Origin: a virus
Taxonomy: Duplodnaviria > Caudoviricetes
Direction: 5' to 3' (one strand)
Virus record (IMG/VR): IMGVR_UViG_3300005805_000101
Span: 1 to 58,746 of that record
Length of the DNA stretch: 58,746 nucleotides
Under the pieces are notes generated by a model that did not search any database, was not told the DNA's origin, and was given only the letters and a program-made list of their open reading frames with translations. Made by a program: the position numbers and the translations under genes. Below are positions 35,813 to 50,099 of the stretch, piece by piece (the first letter of the stretch is position 1; the number at the start of each line of letters is the position of its first letter).

Positions 35813-38800
35813 TTAAACAGAGCTGGCTCTGCCTACTAGGCCCTCTTGAGCATCGAACTCTACAAAAATAGCATCAATATTATCATCAAATGATCCTCCG
35901 GAGTTTCCGCCAATCATTAAAGTATCGCCTGCTTTGGAAACACTCGAGGAAATTTCATTAGCGGCAGTTCCTAGTTGATATTTTGCCCATTCTCCCGTGT
36001 TGAGATCTAAAATTGCCAAACACAAATCTAAAAATCCAAAAGTAACTGCATCGTCGGCAAATACTCCAGTTGAACTTGCGGCTATGGCCAATCGACCATT
36101 GGATAACAAAGCACTCGGTTTTCCATTTTGTTCAAATAATTCCTGGGTGCTGGATCCGGTTTGGTATGCATTTCCCCAGGTGTTTGTGGCATAATTAAAT
36201 TTAATAACACCAATGTCTTGACTGCCAACATTTACTACATTTGCCGTTACATTACTATATGTAGAATATACTACAGCTAAAGTGTTACTTCCTAGATCAT
36301 GGACATTGACAGCGGCATCATCTAATCCAGATCCAATTGAGAAATAACTACTAACTTCGGTATTTGTATTAAATATGCCCAAAAAGATGTCATATCCGCC
36401 AGAGTTGAGTCCGCCTAGGTTACCTGTAGTTCGACCTACGTAAGCAATATCTCCGTTTGCTAACTCTGTTAATGCGTATGTTTCTTCGTCTTTTTCTGTT
36501 CCATTTTGGTAGAATTCTAATTCACCTGTTGTTGGATCTAATTCTACTAATAAGTAATCATAAACTCCTGACAGTCCGGTATTATATTTTGTTATATCGC
36601 CCGAAGTTTGTCCTACTACGTAAACATCACCATTTGAATGTTTAATTACATCATATGAAAAAATATTTCCGTCGTCGGCCGATCCATCCCCGACCGTAGC
36701 AAATTGGTACATACTACCAATAGAGCTGATATTAGAAACATAGGTTAAAGAATGTCCGCTTGTCTGCGCCTGTTTAAATTCATCTGTGTTCTGATATTGC
36801 TGTAATAAATCAAGATCAATCCATCCGACCACGCCCGTGAACACTCCGTTTGGTCCAATTGGTCCATCAAAATCTCTAGCTAGATACAACGAGGTTTGAT
36901 AATTTAGAGAATATGCATTAGATGAAAAAGATCCAGCACTATTTGCCGGTGCTGTTTCTTGTGTAAATGTATCGACATTAGCTGCTGTTAAATAATTACT
37001 TGCATTGTAGTAATAAGGCGAGGTGCCTGTTTCTGTTAAATTATAAATTCCTGTGCCAAATCCATTTTTGTCTGCTCTAAAGAATATTGCATCTCTACTG
37101 TCCGAGTGACTTTCACTCCAACCGGCTGCAATAATATTTCTATTCAAACTATCCATAGAAACAGTGACGAATTTTTCGTCCATGTCATGGCCAAATGCTG
37201 TTTGCCATAACAAAGTGCCGCTTTCACTAAAACTGGCTAATACTGCCTCTTCCATTCCCATTTGTGGAATAGTTGGTCCCATTGCTGTGCCGGCAACATA
37301 TATTTGAATATTTGCTTCAGTATAAGGGGTAGACGTAATACTATTATAACTGCAATGACAGTTGGCTACATTTGCAGCATTTAGGTCAATAGTTCTTGTC
37401 CAACTTTTAGTTACGGTCCAGCTTCCAGCACCGGTTTCAATCGAAGAAACTTTTGTTACAAATCCTCGATCGTCAATATTTCCGCAGATTGCATAAATGT
37501 TTGAATTTAAATTTATAATATCTTTTACTTGAACCGATTGTGTAGCATCATGTCCACAAATCCATTGTACAAATCTTGTATTACTACTAATTTCGCACAA
37601 ACCATATAAACCCTTTGTAGTTACATTTCCGTCATTTCCTGCAAACAGAAATCTTCCTACATTACTACTAGTTTGATTATATTTGATTTTATTAACTACT
37701 AAATTTGCTACAAGATTTTGTTCTACTATATTGCCGTCGGTATCTGTAACCACAAAAGTTGTTGTTGTTCCTGATGTAATGCTTGTTACAACATATTTTG
37801 TATTTGCTTTGGTAATTACTGCCACGCTAGTAGCAGTTTCTGAAGTCACATTATCTGTGTTTAAAATTTTAGCCCAGACTGGAACTCCAGTCGAAGGATT
37901 GAGTTTGACTAAAAGTGCATCGACTCCGCCTACTCCTTCTTGTGTACTACCACAATAGTACACAGCATCGGTTCCGTCTACGGCTATTCCTTTGCCAATG
38001 TCAGTTAGACTTGCATCATCACCGTATTCTTTTTGCCATTGTAAAATATAATTTTTATCATACTTGGCTACTACTACCCAACCTGAATCATGTGATCCTA
38101 TTAGATAAACATTGCCGTCAGGATCTACTGTCATATCCGCCCATTCTAGTGCGTTTCCTCCGTCGGAAAAATTACGGCACCATCCATGTATCCAAATATC
38201 TCCTTTGGGCACAATTGGGCCTTTACAGTAACCAGTTAAATAAATTTTTTTGTCTTCTGCGTCTTCCCAACAACTGGTTAAATAATCATCCCCAGAGCTT
38301 CCAAATGCCAAATGAATTGCTGATCCAAGATCTGGCTTAAAAATACTTACTAAAAAATCTCCAGAATTGGTTGCACCTAAATTGTTTTCGTTATCGGATA
38401 CTTGACCAACACCTAGTCTACGACCATCATTTAATGTTATTGTTTGAAAATAATATTCTTTGCCACCGAAGCCAATAGATTTTCTATTAAACCATTGATT
38501 GTCTGGTTGTTGGTAATTAAGAATTACTGTATCTGCTGCAATAGCTTGAGGTTCGGTATCGTTTATTCTTGTAAAAGTTGCTGAACTTGGTGTGTACTTC
38601 ACGTATCCTGTTGAAAGCTGATTTCTTTCGACGAAAGAATTAGTAGTTGCATCGTAATCTAGATGCTTATATCCAGTGAAAGCATCATCTAATTCAAAAC
38701 TATATAATCCAGATCCCGTGTATGATCCGCCGCCCGATGCATTTCCGGACAATAAGGCATACCATTTAAAATCTTCACTATTAAATTTGAAACCATGTAC

Positions 38801-39997
38801 ACGTATAGGATCTGCAGAATTGTTTGTTAAAAAACTTCCAACTGAAGACCATGTGGTACCATCATATTTCCATAAATCTGTTCCACCATTAGGAACATCA
38901 GTGAACAAGGCATATAGTGCTGTGGTTCCTAATGTAGCACAAAAACAGTCAGGTCTAGCAGCTACATTAGATGAAAGTACTTGTCGTACCAAGCTACCGC
39001 CGGCAATAGTATCTAAACTATTAAATGACCAAATTTCTAAATCAAACGTTGTTGCGGTATTATTTAAAATGACTGGAAAATAAATTCTAGATCCAAAACT
39101 TGTCCCACAAGATGCACGAACAGGATATTGACTTTGCTGATTTAATGTAGGGCTAAAAAACGGATCTGCTAAATTAAATGTTCCCAAACTAACTTGTGCA
39201 GTAAAGCTTGCTGCTGCATCTGTATATGTTCTATTAAAAACTTCCCAATCGCCGCCGGATGCTGTAATATAAAAACAATGAAATCTTTCTCCAATTCCCC
39301 GTACTATGCCGCCTGGTAAGTAATTTTTGTTGGCCACCGACGGTAGAGTTACATCATTATGACTATTGTGTGCGCCACCCACCGATGGTGTATGAACTCT
39401 TCCTAATACGCTAGAATAGGTTACGCCAGCTGATTTGACTTGCACACTTATCATGTATCCAAATGCAGGATCATTGGGATCAATAAATCCGTTGGCGCTT
39501 AAAACTTGACGTCCATTCTCGTATTGAGGATATGAAGTAGGAGAATGCTGGTGGTATTGATAATACTCCCAATCGGTTCCTGCGTCTGGTTCAAATGCTC
39601 TATCCCAATAATAAACATCATCGTCGGGAGCTGTGCTTAAGGTACCTAAATGAGCAAAGAAAAAAGCATCGTCTTCAACCTCATTGGTAATGTCATTAGT
39701 GCCCGGGCCGATCCACTCAATGCATCCGTTGTGATATTTTACGTTTGCGCCATCCCACGTTTCAGTTAAGAGTGCAAAAGTTCCGTCAATAACCATGGTA
39801 CTAGTGGCCATTGGTAAAGCATTGCCCCATCTATAAGGTGTTATGTTTGCACTTATACTACTATTATTGGCGTTGACTGGTGTATAGTAATACCAATATC
39901 CGGAATTGCTTATACCGGCAGTGATAGGAAGATTAAGATAACTATTACCTGAAATAGTAGTTAAATCAACTTCAATTTGGGAATTAGTAATAGCCAT
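35813..39997 (-). CDS. Large beta-propeller-rich virion/adhesin protein
   Basis: 1394 aa; recurring blade-like motifs (GSSGDDY, D.GKGIAVDG...Y..GS, GGYDIFL, W...FG...DE). Confidence 0.6.
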   Translation of the reverse strand: MAITNSQIEVDLTTISGNSYLNLPITAGISNSGYWYYYTPVNANNSSISANITPYRWGNALPMATSTMVIDGTFALLTETWDGANVKYHNGCIEWIGPGTNDITNEVEDDAFFFAHLGTLSTAPDDDVYYWDRAFEPDAGTDWEYYQYHQHSPTSYPQYENGRQVLSANGFIDPNDPAFGYMISVQVKSAGVTYSSVLGRVHTPSVGGAHNSHNDVTLPSVANKNYLPGGIVRGIGERFHCFYITASGGDWEVFNRTYTDAAASFTAQVSLGTFNLADPFFSPTLNQQSQYPVRASCGTSFGSRIYFPVILNNTATTFDLEIWSFNSLDTIAGGSLVRQVLSSNVAARPDCFCATLGTTALYALFTDVPNGGTDLWKYDGTTWSSVGSFLTNNSADPIRVHGFKFNSEDFKWYALLSGNASGGGSYTGSGLYSFELDDAFTGYKHLDYDATTNSFVERNQLSTGYVKYTPSSATFTRINDTEPQAIAADTVILNYQQPDNQWFNRKSIGFGGKEYYFQTITLNDGRRLGVGQVSDNENNLGATNSGDFLVSIFKPDLGSAIHLAFGSSGDDYLTSCWEDAEDKKIYLTGYCKGPIVPKGDIWIHGWCRNFSDGGNALEWADMTVDPDGNVYLIGSHDSGWVVVAKYDKNYILQWQKEYGDDASLTDIGKGIAVDGTDAVYYCGSTQEGVGGVDALLVKLNPSTGVPVWAKILNTDNVTSETATSVAVITKANTKYVVTSITSGTTTTFVVTDTDGNIVEQNLVANLVVNKIKYNQTSSNVGRFLFAGNDGNVTTKGLYGLCEISSNTRFVQWICGHDATQSVQVKDIINLNSNIYAICGNIDDRGFVTKVSSIETGAGSWTVTKSWTRTIDLNAANVANCHCSYNSITSTPYTEANIQIYVAGTAMGPTIPQMGMEEAVLASFSESGTLLWQTAFGHDMDEKFVTVSMDSLNRNIIAAGWSESHSDSRDAIFFRADKNGFGTGIYNLTETGTSPYYYNASNYLTAANVDTFTQETAPANSAGSFSSNAYSLNYQTSLYLARDFDGPIGPNGVFTGVVGWIDLDLLQQYQNTDEFKQAQTSGHSLTYVSNISSIGSMYQFATVGDGSADDGNIFSYDVIKHSNGDVYVVGQTSGDITKYNTGLSGVYDYLLVELDPTTGELEFYQNGTEKDEETYALTELANGDIAYVGRTTGNLGGLNSGGYDIFLGIFNTNTEVSSYFSIGSGLDDAAVNVHDLGSNTLAVVYSTYSNVTANVVNVGSQDIGVIKFNYATNTWGNAYQTGSSTQELFEQNGKPSALLSNGRLAIAASSTGVFADDAVTFGFLDLCLAILDLNTGEWAKYQLGTAANEISSSVSKAGDTLMIGGNSGGSFDDNIDAIFVEFDAQEGLVGRASSV

Positions 39998-40009
39998 ATT
40001 ATAAAATCT

Positions 40010-40381
40010 TTATACCCCAGTTATAGGAATACCTGGTCTGAATAATAAGTCAGACGTATTTAAAGCAAAGCCTAAATATAGTACTCGCACAGATGATGTA
40101 GGTGTAGGCGGAGTTGCAGTAATATTACCTGATGTGCTTAAAAAATATGAGGATCCTGGATTTAAACTGGTGAACCCTGATACTACGCCGGTGGCATAAT
40201 AAACATTACCAGTCTTGATTAAAACTGTATTAAGTTGACTAGTTGTATCTGTATTTGATGCATCAGTAACTGAATTTGTACCATTAATACGGACTACTCG
40301 TTGATTAGTTCCGCCGGATAAATTTGGAACAGTAATTGCAGTATCGGTAATAACACTTGTTGTTGTAATAAATTGGCTCAT
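40010..40381 (-). CDS. Small virion structural protein
   Basis: 123 aa, Thr/Ser-rich; L.PG..Y.LS..G.IT...P.......LGFAL motif typical of fibre/decoration modules. Confidence 0.55.
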   Translation of the reverse strand: MSQFITTTSVITDTAITVPNLSGGTNQRVVRINGTNSVTDASNTDTTSQLNTVLIKTGNVYYATGVVSGFTSLNPGSSYFLSTSGNITATPPTPTSSVRVLYLGFALNTSDLLFRPGIPITGV

Positions 40382-40387
40382 ATTTTT

Positions 40388-41329
40388 TTATGTTCCTTGT
40401 CTTATAATTTCGAAAGTAGATTTAGTAGTAATTGCTCCTGCACTAAGTGTATCACTAACTAATACTTCAAAATAATCGTTAGTATTTAAATTAAATGTTT
40501 GGTTAAAAAAGGCAGTTCCGTTCGGACTTATATTGGCAGTGGTAATTGTAGTATTGCCATTTTTTCTAAGTGAAACTGCATATTCTCCACCGGATTCGTC
40601 TGTTTCAATGAAAGTAGTAATAAGATAAAAGCCGTTTGTTTTAACAGTAATCCTACTAGGGGTACCGGCACTCCAATAAGTTTCTGCTAAAGCATTTGCA
40701 TTTGTGTCCCACGACACACTATCCCAAGATATAGGGGTGCTGTTGCTATTTGCAGAAAATGTTGTATCAAGAACAAGACGAGCACCACTGAATGCCGAAT
40801 AAGGTGTTATGCCAGTACCAACTGCATAACCTAATAAAGTAATTTCTACAAAGCTTGAAGAGTCAAGTGCTCCGGTTGATGCTTCTTCATTAGCAAATAA
40901 TTGTATATAATCACCGGCGTTGAAAAATTGAGTTTCGTTATAATCGGCAGCTTGTCCTGCATTTAAAAGTCCTGTAACTAAATCTGTAGTTCCATTTAGT
41001 CTAACTCGTATATCGTATGTTCTACCGGAATCAACTGCAAAAATATTAGTATTAAGATTATAATATCCGGTTCTCGGGATGTGAAGTTTACTAGGATCTG
41101 ATACACTCCAATAGTTATTGGTATCAAAATTTTCTAAATCCCAGCTGACTGCACTTAAAGTATCTGCTAAATTATAATTAACTGTAAATCCAACTTTGAC
41201 TCCCTCATACAATCTCTTGGTTGATCCAGTAACAACATTCCAGACTGTGCCATCAAATTGCCACACTACCGAATTACCGTCAGTATATGTATTACCTGCT
41301 GTTGGACTTGGAGGAAAAGTTAATGGCAT
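40388..41329 (-). CDS. Protein with tandem C1q/TNF-like domains
   Basis: Two copies of (V/I)SWD....DT...W....PS..(I)...G.Y.....I.......V.L..NG.......FN.N..DY(I/F)(Q/E)(L/V); N-terminal FPPSPT.G.TY module. Confidence 0.6.
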   Translation of the reverse strand: MPLTFPPSPTAGNTYTDGNSVVWQFDGTVWNVVTGSTKRLYEGVKVGFTVNYNLADTLSAVSWDLENFDTNNYWSVSDPSKLHIPRTGYYNLNTNIFAVDSGRTYDIRVRLNGTTDLVTGLLNAGQAADYNETQFFNAGDYIQLFANEEASTGALDSSSFVEITLLGYAVGTGITPYSAFSGARLVLDTTFSANSNSTPISWDSVSWDTNANALAETYWSAGTPSRITVKTNGFYLITTFIETDESGGEYAVSLRKNGNTTITTANISPNGTAFFNQTFNLNTNDYFEVLVSDTLSAGAITTKSTFEIIRQGT

Positions 41330-41334
41330 TTTAT

Positions 41335-45554
<4,220 letters not shown>

Positions 45555-45560
45555 TTATGG

Positions 45561-45590
45561 AAAAAACAAAAGGGCCTTTGAAGGCCCTTT
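45561..45590 (-). terminator. Rho-independent terminator
   Basis: AAAGGGCCTT-tg-AAGGCCCTTT (45569-45590), followed on the minus strand by a T-rich tract and then a TAAATA box (45557-45552). Confidence 0.8.
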
Positions 45591-45610
45591 GGAGTTAAGC
45601 AAATTTTGAT

Positions 45611-46393
45611 TTATAATCTTCCGACTACAACTTCTATTACACCCTCAATACCGTCAAAATCTTCAAGTGCTTTGCCAATCACTGTTCCTACCACTGGATT
45701 GTTGTCCGGTCTGGCATAGCCACTACCGCCACTTATCAACATGTCACCCTTGCTTATTTTACCGCGTACCTTGCAAGGAGTACGTCCTTGTAGAGCTAAC
45801 GGAACAACATTAGGTCCACGTAACATGCCGTTCATAAGATGGGCAGGATTAGTTGAAACTACACCTGCAACTTTCTTAGATCCATCTTCGGCTACTGTGA
45901 GTTCAAACTCTCCACCAAACTCCAGTACCGTACCCGGATCATACGCCGAATCAGCTTGATAGTTTTCTGCCAAGTCAGCATATCTGGCTTGTGTAGATAC
46001 CCCGTAAAAAGTTCCCCACCAGCTGGTTGTTGTGCCTAAATTCTGCGTAGTGTTTGATGTTGGTACTATCCAGCCCGATGTAAACACATTACCGGCTATA
46101 CCAACACCTCCACGTACAACTAAGGCACCTGTCGCTACATTGCTACTTATAGTGGTGGCTTCGCATACAAGATTGGAACTAAATGCTCCTCTAGTACCTT
46201 GTACAAAACCTCCATTAAGATTTATAGCTACATTAGAGTTAGTCGCCGTACCGCTAAATTCTGACGCATAGATTGTAGCAAATTGATAACCAGTGTTGCC
46301 AAGGAACACATTGGCATTAGCTTGAGGTTGAATGTTTCCATTAAACCTTACCGGGTTTGGTCCAAATGCTGTGTTTATTCTTTGTAATGCCAT
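45611..46393 (-). CDS. Short fibre-like protein with C-terminal IMC/peptidase G2-like domain
   Basis: [15 protein letters not shown] repeat; STQARYADLAENY...VAGVVSTNPAHLMN...IGKALE...IEVVVGRL, paralogous to the 30049 ORF. Confidence 0.7.
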   Translation of the reverse strand: MALQRINTAFGPNPVRFNGNIQPQANANVFLGNTGYQFATIYASEFSGTATNSNVAINLNGGFVQGTRGAFSSNLVCEATTISSNVATGALVVRGGVGIAGNVFTSGWIVPTSNTTQNLGTTTSWWGTFYGVSTQARYADLAENYQADSAYDPGTVLEFGGEFELTVAEDGSKKVAGVVSTNPAHLMNGMLRGPNVVPLALQGRTPCKVRGKISKGDMLISGGSGYARPDNNPVVGTVIGKALEDFDGIEGVIEVVVGRL

Positions 46394-46411
46394 TTCTATA
46401 TCTTCCTTTTA

Positions 46412-49006
46412 TTATGCTTGGTTTTCTTGCCAACGCAACACTGCTCTAGCCTGTACTCTAACATTGTTGTTCAATGGAGTTACTACTACACTTAGTGTGT
46501 CGGGACCATCAGGGAATGTGTTGAATCCACCCAGTAGACTATTATTCAACTCTTTGATCTTACTTAAATCGTATGTAATAGTTTGGAAGTTAAATCCACC
46601 TGTAGTAACAATACCTGAATAGTTAACAGCATTTTGTCTTGGAGCCGGAGCACCAACAATACCTTGCCATACTACTTCGCCTCCGGTTGTCAGTGTGGCC
46701 TGATCATCATACTGTGCTAAACTATTACCCCCAACATTGGTCCATACAGGCGCCGAACTACTTAGTGTACCATTTAGAATAATTTGAATTTGGCAAGCAT
46801 CTGTAGCTGAAATGTCGCAACTTAGTGGCCATAATTGCATGTGATTACATAAATCACGAACACCAAATCCGCCTGGAATACCGCTGTCGGCGGTCGGTGC
46901 TAGCCTAACATTCAAAATTGTATACGGACTGAATTGATTGATAGTGTTCAACGCTCCGGTAGCACTAAATGTATATCCACGGTCTTCGTTAAACAAACCA
47001 TCCATGATCATTGAAGTGCCCCAGTGGAACAGAGTAGGAGCAGTTGCTGGTGCTGTTTCACCATTAATTACTTCGTATCTAACCGGCAAGTTACCTGAAC
47101 GGAAGTATGCCTCGACTTTATTATTACCGTGTACAAACTTATGTAGATATGTGATTTCACCGTCTTGATCTTTGACACCAAATCGAATTGTACCTGCACC
47201 GTACCAAGCGTAATCAATGTAGTACATCAATATCTTGTTAATATCTAAATTGAACCCAGTAGGTCCTGTTCCATCAGCTTTATCAATGTTAAATCCAGTA
47301 TGCGGAATACGTGCATCTACTGTCTTGCTTACTTTAACCCCAGCAAGAGTGCTAATACTTGTATCTGCTCTATAAGTAGGACTGACATCTACACTGGTGT
47401 CACTGATTATCTGAATAACTTTATAGCTGTTACCTTTTACAACAATAAAATCACCTGGTGCCAATTCTGTTGTAAATGCTGTACCTGCTCCTGTGAAGTT
47501 AGCGGATCCATTGGTAACTGTAATTGTGCCTGTTAACTGTCTCACACTGGATCTACGCACTGCCCATAACGTAGCACCGTCCCATTCCCAATAAGCTCCG
47601 TTTTGATCATCGTAAACACCAGCACGATTTTGAATATTACTAGTGGCCTGTGCAGGATTGTTAAATGCCACAGCAAAACTTACTTGTACGCCTTTACCAC
47701 TTTGATAGCGGAAATATTTACGACTCTGCCTAATAATTCTACTGTTAGGTTGTGTGTCATTGGTAGTCATTGTTATGCCACCATCTACTGGTACAGCATA
47801 CGCTATACCTTGTGGCCTTACATAGATGTTACCAGCTGTACCAGCAAAAGAAGTAGTACCTCCAATACTTGTTGTTTCATAGGTAAATGCACGACCATTT
47901 CCTACGGTTGCAATAGTTTGCGGTCCTGTTACGTTTGCCCAACTAAAGTTAACAACAGATAAAGTATTGTTAACCTTTAATCCATGATTAGAATTTGTAA
48001 TAACTTCTACAGTAGTATTACCAAATGTTTTTAATGCTGTAAATGCAATATTAGCACCAGTAAAAAATGCTCCTGGATAAATTGCCACGCCGTTTTGGAA
48101 TATACTTCCCGAACTTACTGTTCCTGTTCCTACATATCTAAATGAAGTAGCTCCTGTATTGGATACTAAGAATTCTCCATTAGCTTGTTCATCACTGGTT
48201 CCGACCACAGTAATAGGCTGTCCCTCTGTTAGTCCATGAGCTGCCGAGGTCGTTACAGAAACATAGGCTGTTCCGTTACCGGTTATAGCAGAAATATTTG
48301 CTGTTTGAGCCAATGCTGCATCAGTGTTACGACCATAACTAGCAAAATAATTATTAATAAACTTCATGGTTTGCCACTTAGTTGGCTGAGGACCATATTC
48401 AAAGTCGGTATCAATCAATGACTGCGGCTGGCTAACACGTAATTTACCAACTGGATCAACTAAAAAGTCCCTGAAAGAAACCAACGGTGCTGGTTCTGAG
48501 TCGGTGATGATTAATAATTTATCAGTTGCAGCGTATGCACTTGTATCAACCGGAATATTTCCTATTCTAGTTTGATAATTTCTATCAGTAAACGTCAACG
48601 CTGCATTTGTCTCCGTCAAAGTTGCCGGTGAATCAAGATAAATGATATCTGTGCCATTAGTAAAATCAATTGTGTTACCATTTGTTGGCATACCATTACC
48701 AGTAATGCGCCAGCCTTGTTGAATACCAGTGCTGTTATATTTTAAAGAATTAAACTGTCCTGTAGTAAATTTGATAGCAGTATTACCATTTGAAACGTTA
48801 CCTTGCGAGCTAAGACTACGTTGGATGTTTGTAAATGTTACTGCATTAAATGTTGTATCGTTAAAGTTGTAAAGCGTTGTTTTACTTGGTACATGAATAA
48901 TTAATAACACTTGTTCCGGTGATACTAGTTCTGGTAATGTAATTTGTGTATTACCAGAACTTCCTGTAGTAAAAATGTAACCGCTTGTATAAGTTTTCTT
49001 TGCCAT
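46412..49006 (-). CDS. Virion structural protein (multi-beta-domain)
   Basis: 864 aa; two TT..HGL..G..(I/L).V modules; RVSQPQSLIDTDFEYG, RQSRKYFRYQSGKG, IDYAWYGAG.IRFG lectin-like core. Confidence 0.6.
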   Translation of the reverse strand: MAKKTYTSGYIFTTGSSGNTQITLPELVSPEQVLLIIHVPSKTTLYNFNDTTFNAVTFTNIQRSLSSQGNVSNGNTAIKFTTGQFNSLKYNSTGIQQGWRITGNGMPTNGNTIDFTNGTDIIYLDSPATLTETNAALTFTDRNYQTRIGNIPVDTSAYAATDKLLIITDSEPAPLVSFRDFLVDPVGKLRVSQPQSLIDTDFEYGPQPTKWQTMKFINNYFASYGRNTDAALAQTANISAITGNGTAYVSVTTSAAHGLTEGQPITVVGTSDEQANGEFLVSNTGATSFRYVGTGTVSSGSIFQNGVAIYPGAFFTGANIAFTALKTFGNTTVEVITNSNHGLKVNNTLSVVNFSWANVTGPQTIATVGNGRAFTYETTSIGGTTSFAGTAGNIYVRPQGIAYAVPVDGGITMTTNDTQPNSRIIRQSRKYFRYQSGKGVQVSFAVAFNNPAQATSNIQNRAGVYDDQNGAYWEWDGATLWAVRRSSVRQLTGTITVTNGSANFTGAGTAFTTELAPGDFIVVKGNSYKVIQIISDTSVDVSPTYRADTSISTLAGVKVSKTVDARIPHTGFNIDKADGTGPTGFNLDINKILMYYIDYAWYGAGTIRFGVKDQDGEITYLHKFVHGNNKVEAYFRSGNLPVRYEVINGETAPATAPTLFHWGTSMIMDGLFNEDRGYTFSATGALNTINQFSPYTILNVRLAPTADSGIPGGFGVRDLCNHMQLWPLSCDISATDACQIQIILNGTLSSSAPVWTNVGGNSLAQYDDQATLTTGGEVVWQGIVGAPAPRQNAVNYSGIVTTGGFNFQTITYDLSKIKELNNSLLGGFNTFPDGPDTLSVVVTPLNNNVRVQARAVLRWQENQA

Positions 49007-49027
49007 GTATTCAATATCCTTATATAA

Positions 49028-50077
49028 TTAAAAACCGCCTAATGCCACCGCATAAACTAATGCTGTATTCTGTACTACTGTAATAGATGTAGAACTGTTT
49101 GCTCTCCATTTTCCTGTGCTAGATACATATTGTAAAAACTGCCCGTCCGAGGGTGAACTAGTAAAGTCGACGTCGGCTAGGGTACCTAATGCATTTACAC
49201 CACCACCTGCTAATATTTTTACTTCAGCATTGCTACCGGTTGGGATAGCCTCAGTAAAGGTAATGTTTGTGCCAGCAATGGTATAGGTATCTTTTGGTTG
49301 ATAGATTCCGTTCCAATAGACAGCAACTTGATCAATATCTGCAGGAGTAGCTCCTAGATTGTATGGACCTACGCTATCGTTTCCTTGAACAATTTTTGTA
49401 AGCATACCAGCCGACGACGTAGTGCTAACTTGACTGCCTTGTTGATAGATATTACCGCCAACATATAGGTTACCTGTTTTGATAACCACATTAGAGCTGG
49501 CTGTAACAAATTTATTTGTAGCAACTACTAAATTAGCTGCTGCTGAACCAGGATCACTATCTGACGTATTGATCCATGTAAACTTTGCATCTGGGCTTAA
49601 CTTTAATTCCACAAAACCTTTACCTAAGTCTGTGGCTAGATAAAAATACACATCCCAGCTGGTGCCTGTTCCAACCCCATTGGTGCTTTTAACTTTTACG
49701 CCCTGTACACCTTCTCGGTAGCCTAAACTATAATAGTTAGACTCAATGTTGGTAGATCCACCACTTAAAAAACGAATTTCTACAATGTCTTTTACTGTAG
49801 AATCTCCGGCATAACCTTGTCCGGCTACCAGTGTAAATTCCACAGTTTCGCCGGCACCTACTCCAGAATTGACACTGAATGTACCAATTTTATACCAAGT
49901 CGGCGAGCCTAGTGCCGTTGGAAATTGCAATGATATTTTTTGTACGTAAGTAGTTGTTATAGCTGATGTTGAGGTACTAGTTATATTTCCAGTAGTTAAA
50001 ATTTCTCCGTTGCCGGAAAAAATCTTAACTGGCCCAACTTCTAAACCATTGTGTACTACAAAATTTTTATTTGCCAC
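49028..50077 (-). CDS. Virion structural protein
   Basis: GTG start with GGGAG SD; NFVVHNGL N-terminus; VYWNGIYQP..Y...G..ITFTEA module; L.DV....DGQFL.Y.....W motif. Confidence 0.6.
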   Translation of the reverse strand: MANKNFVVHNGLEVGPVKIFSGNGEILTTGNITSTSTSAITTTYVQKISLQFPTALGSPTWYKIGTFSVNSGVGAGETVEFTLVAGQGYAGDSTVKDIVEIRFLSGGSTNIESNYYSLGYREGVQGVKVKSTNGVGTGTSWDVYFYLATDLGKGFVELKLSPDAKFTWINTSDSDPGSAAANLVVATNKFVTASSNVVIKTGNLYVGGNIYQQGSQVSTTSSAGMLTKIVQGNDSVGPYNLGATPADIDQVAVYWNGIYQPKDTYTIAGTNITFTEAIPTGSNAEVKILAGGGVNALGTLADVDFTSSPSDGQFLQYVSSTGKWRANSSTSITVVQNTALVYAVALGGF

Positions 50078-50099
50078 AGTTCCATATCTCCCTTATGAC

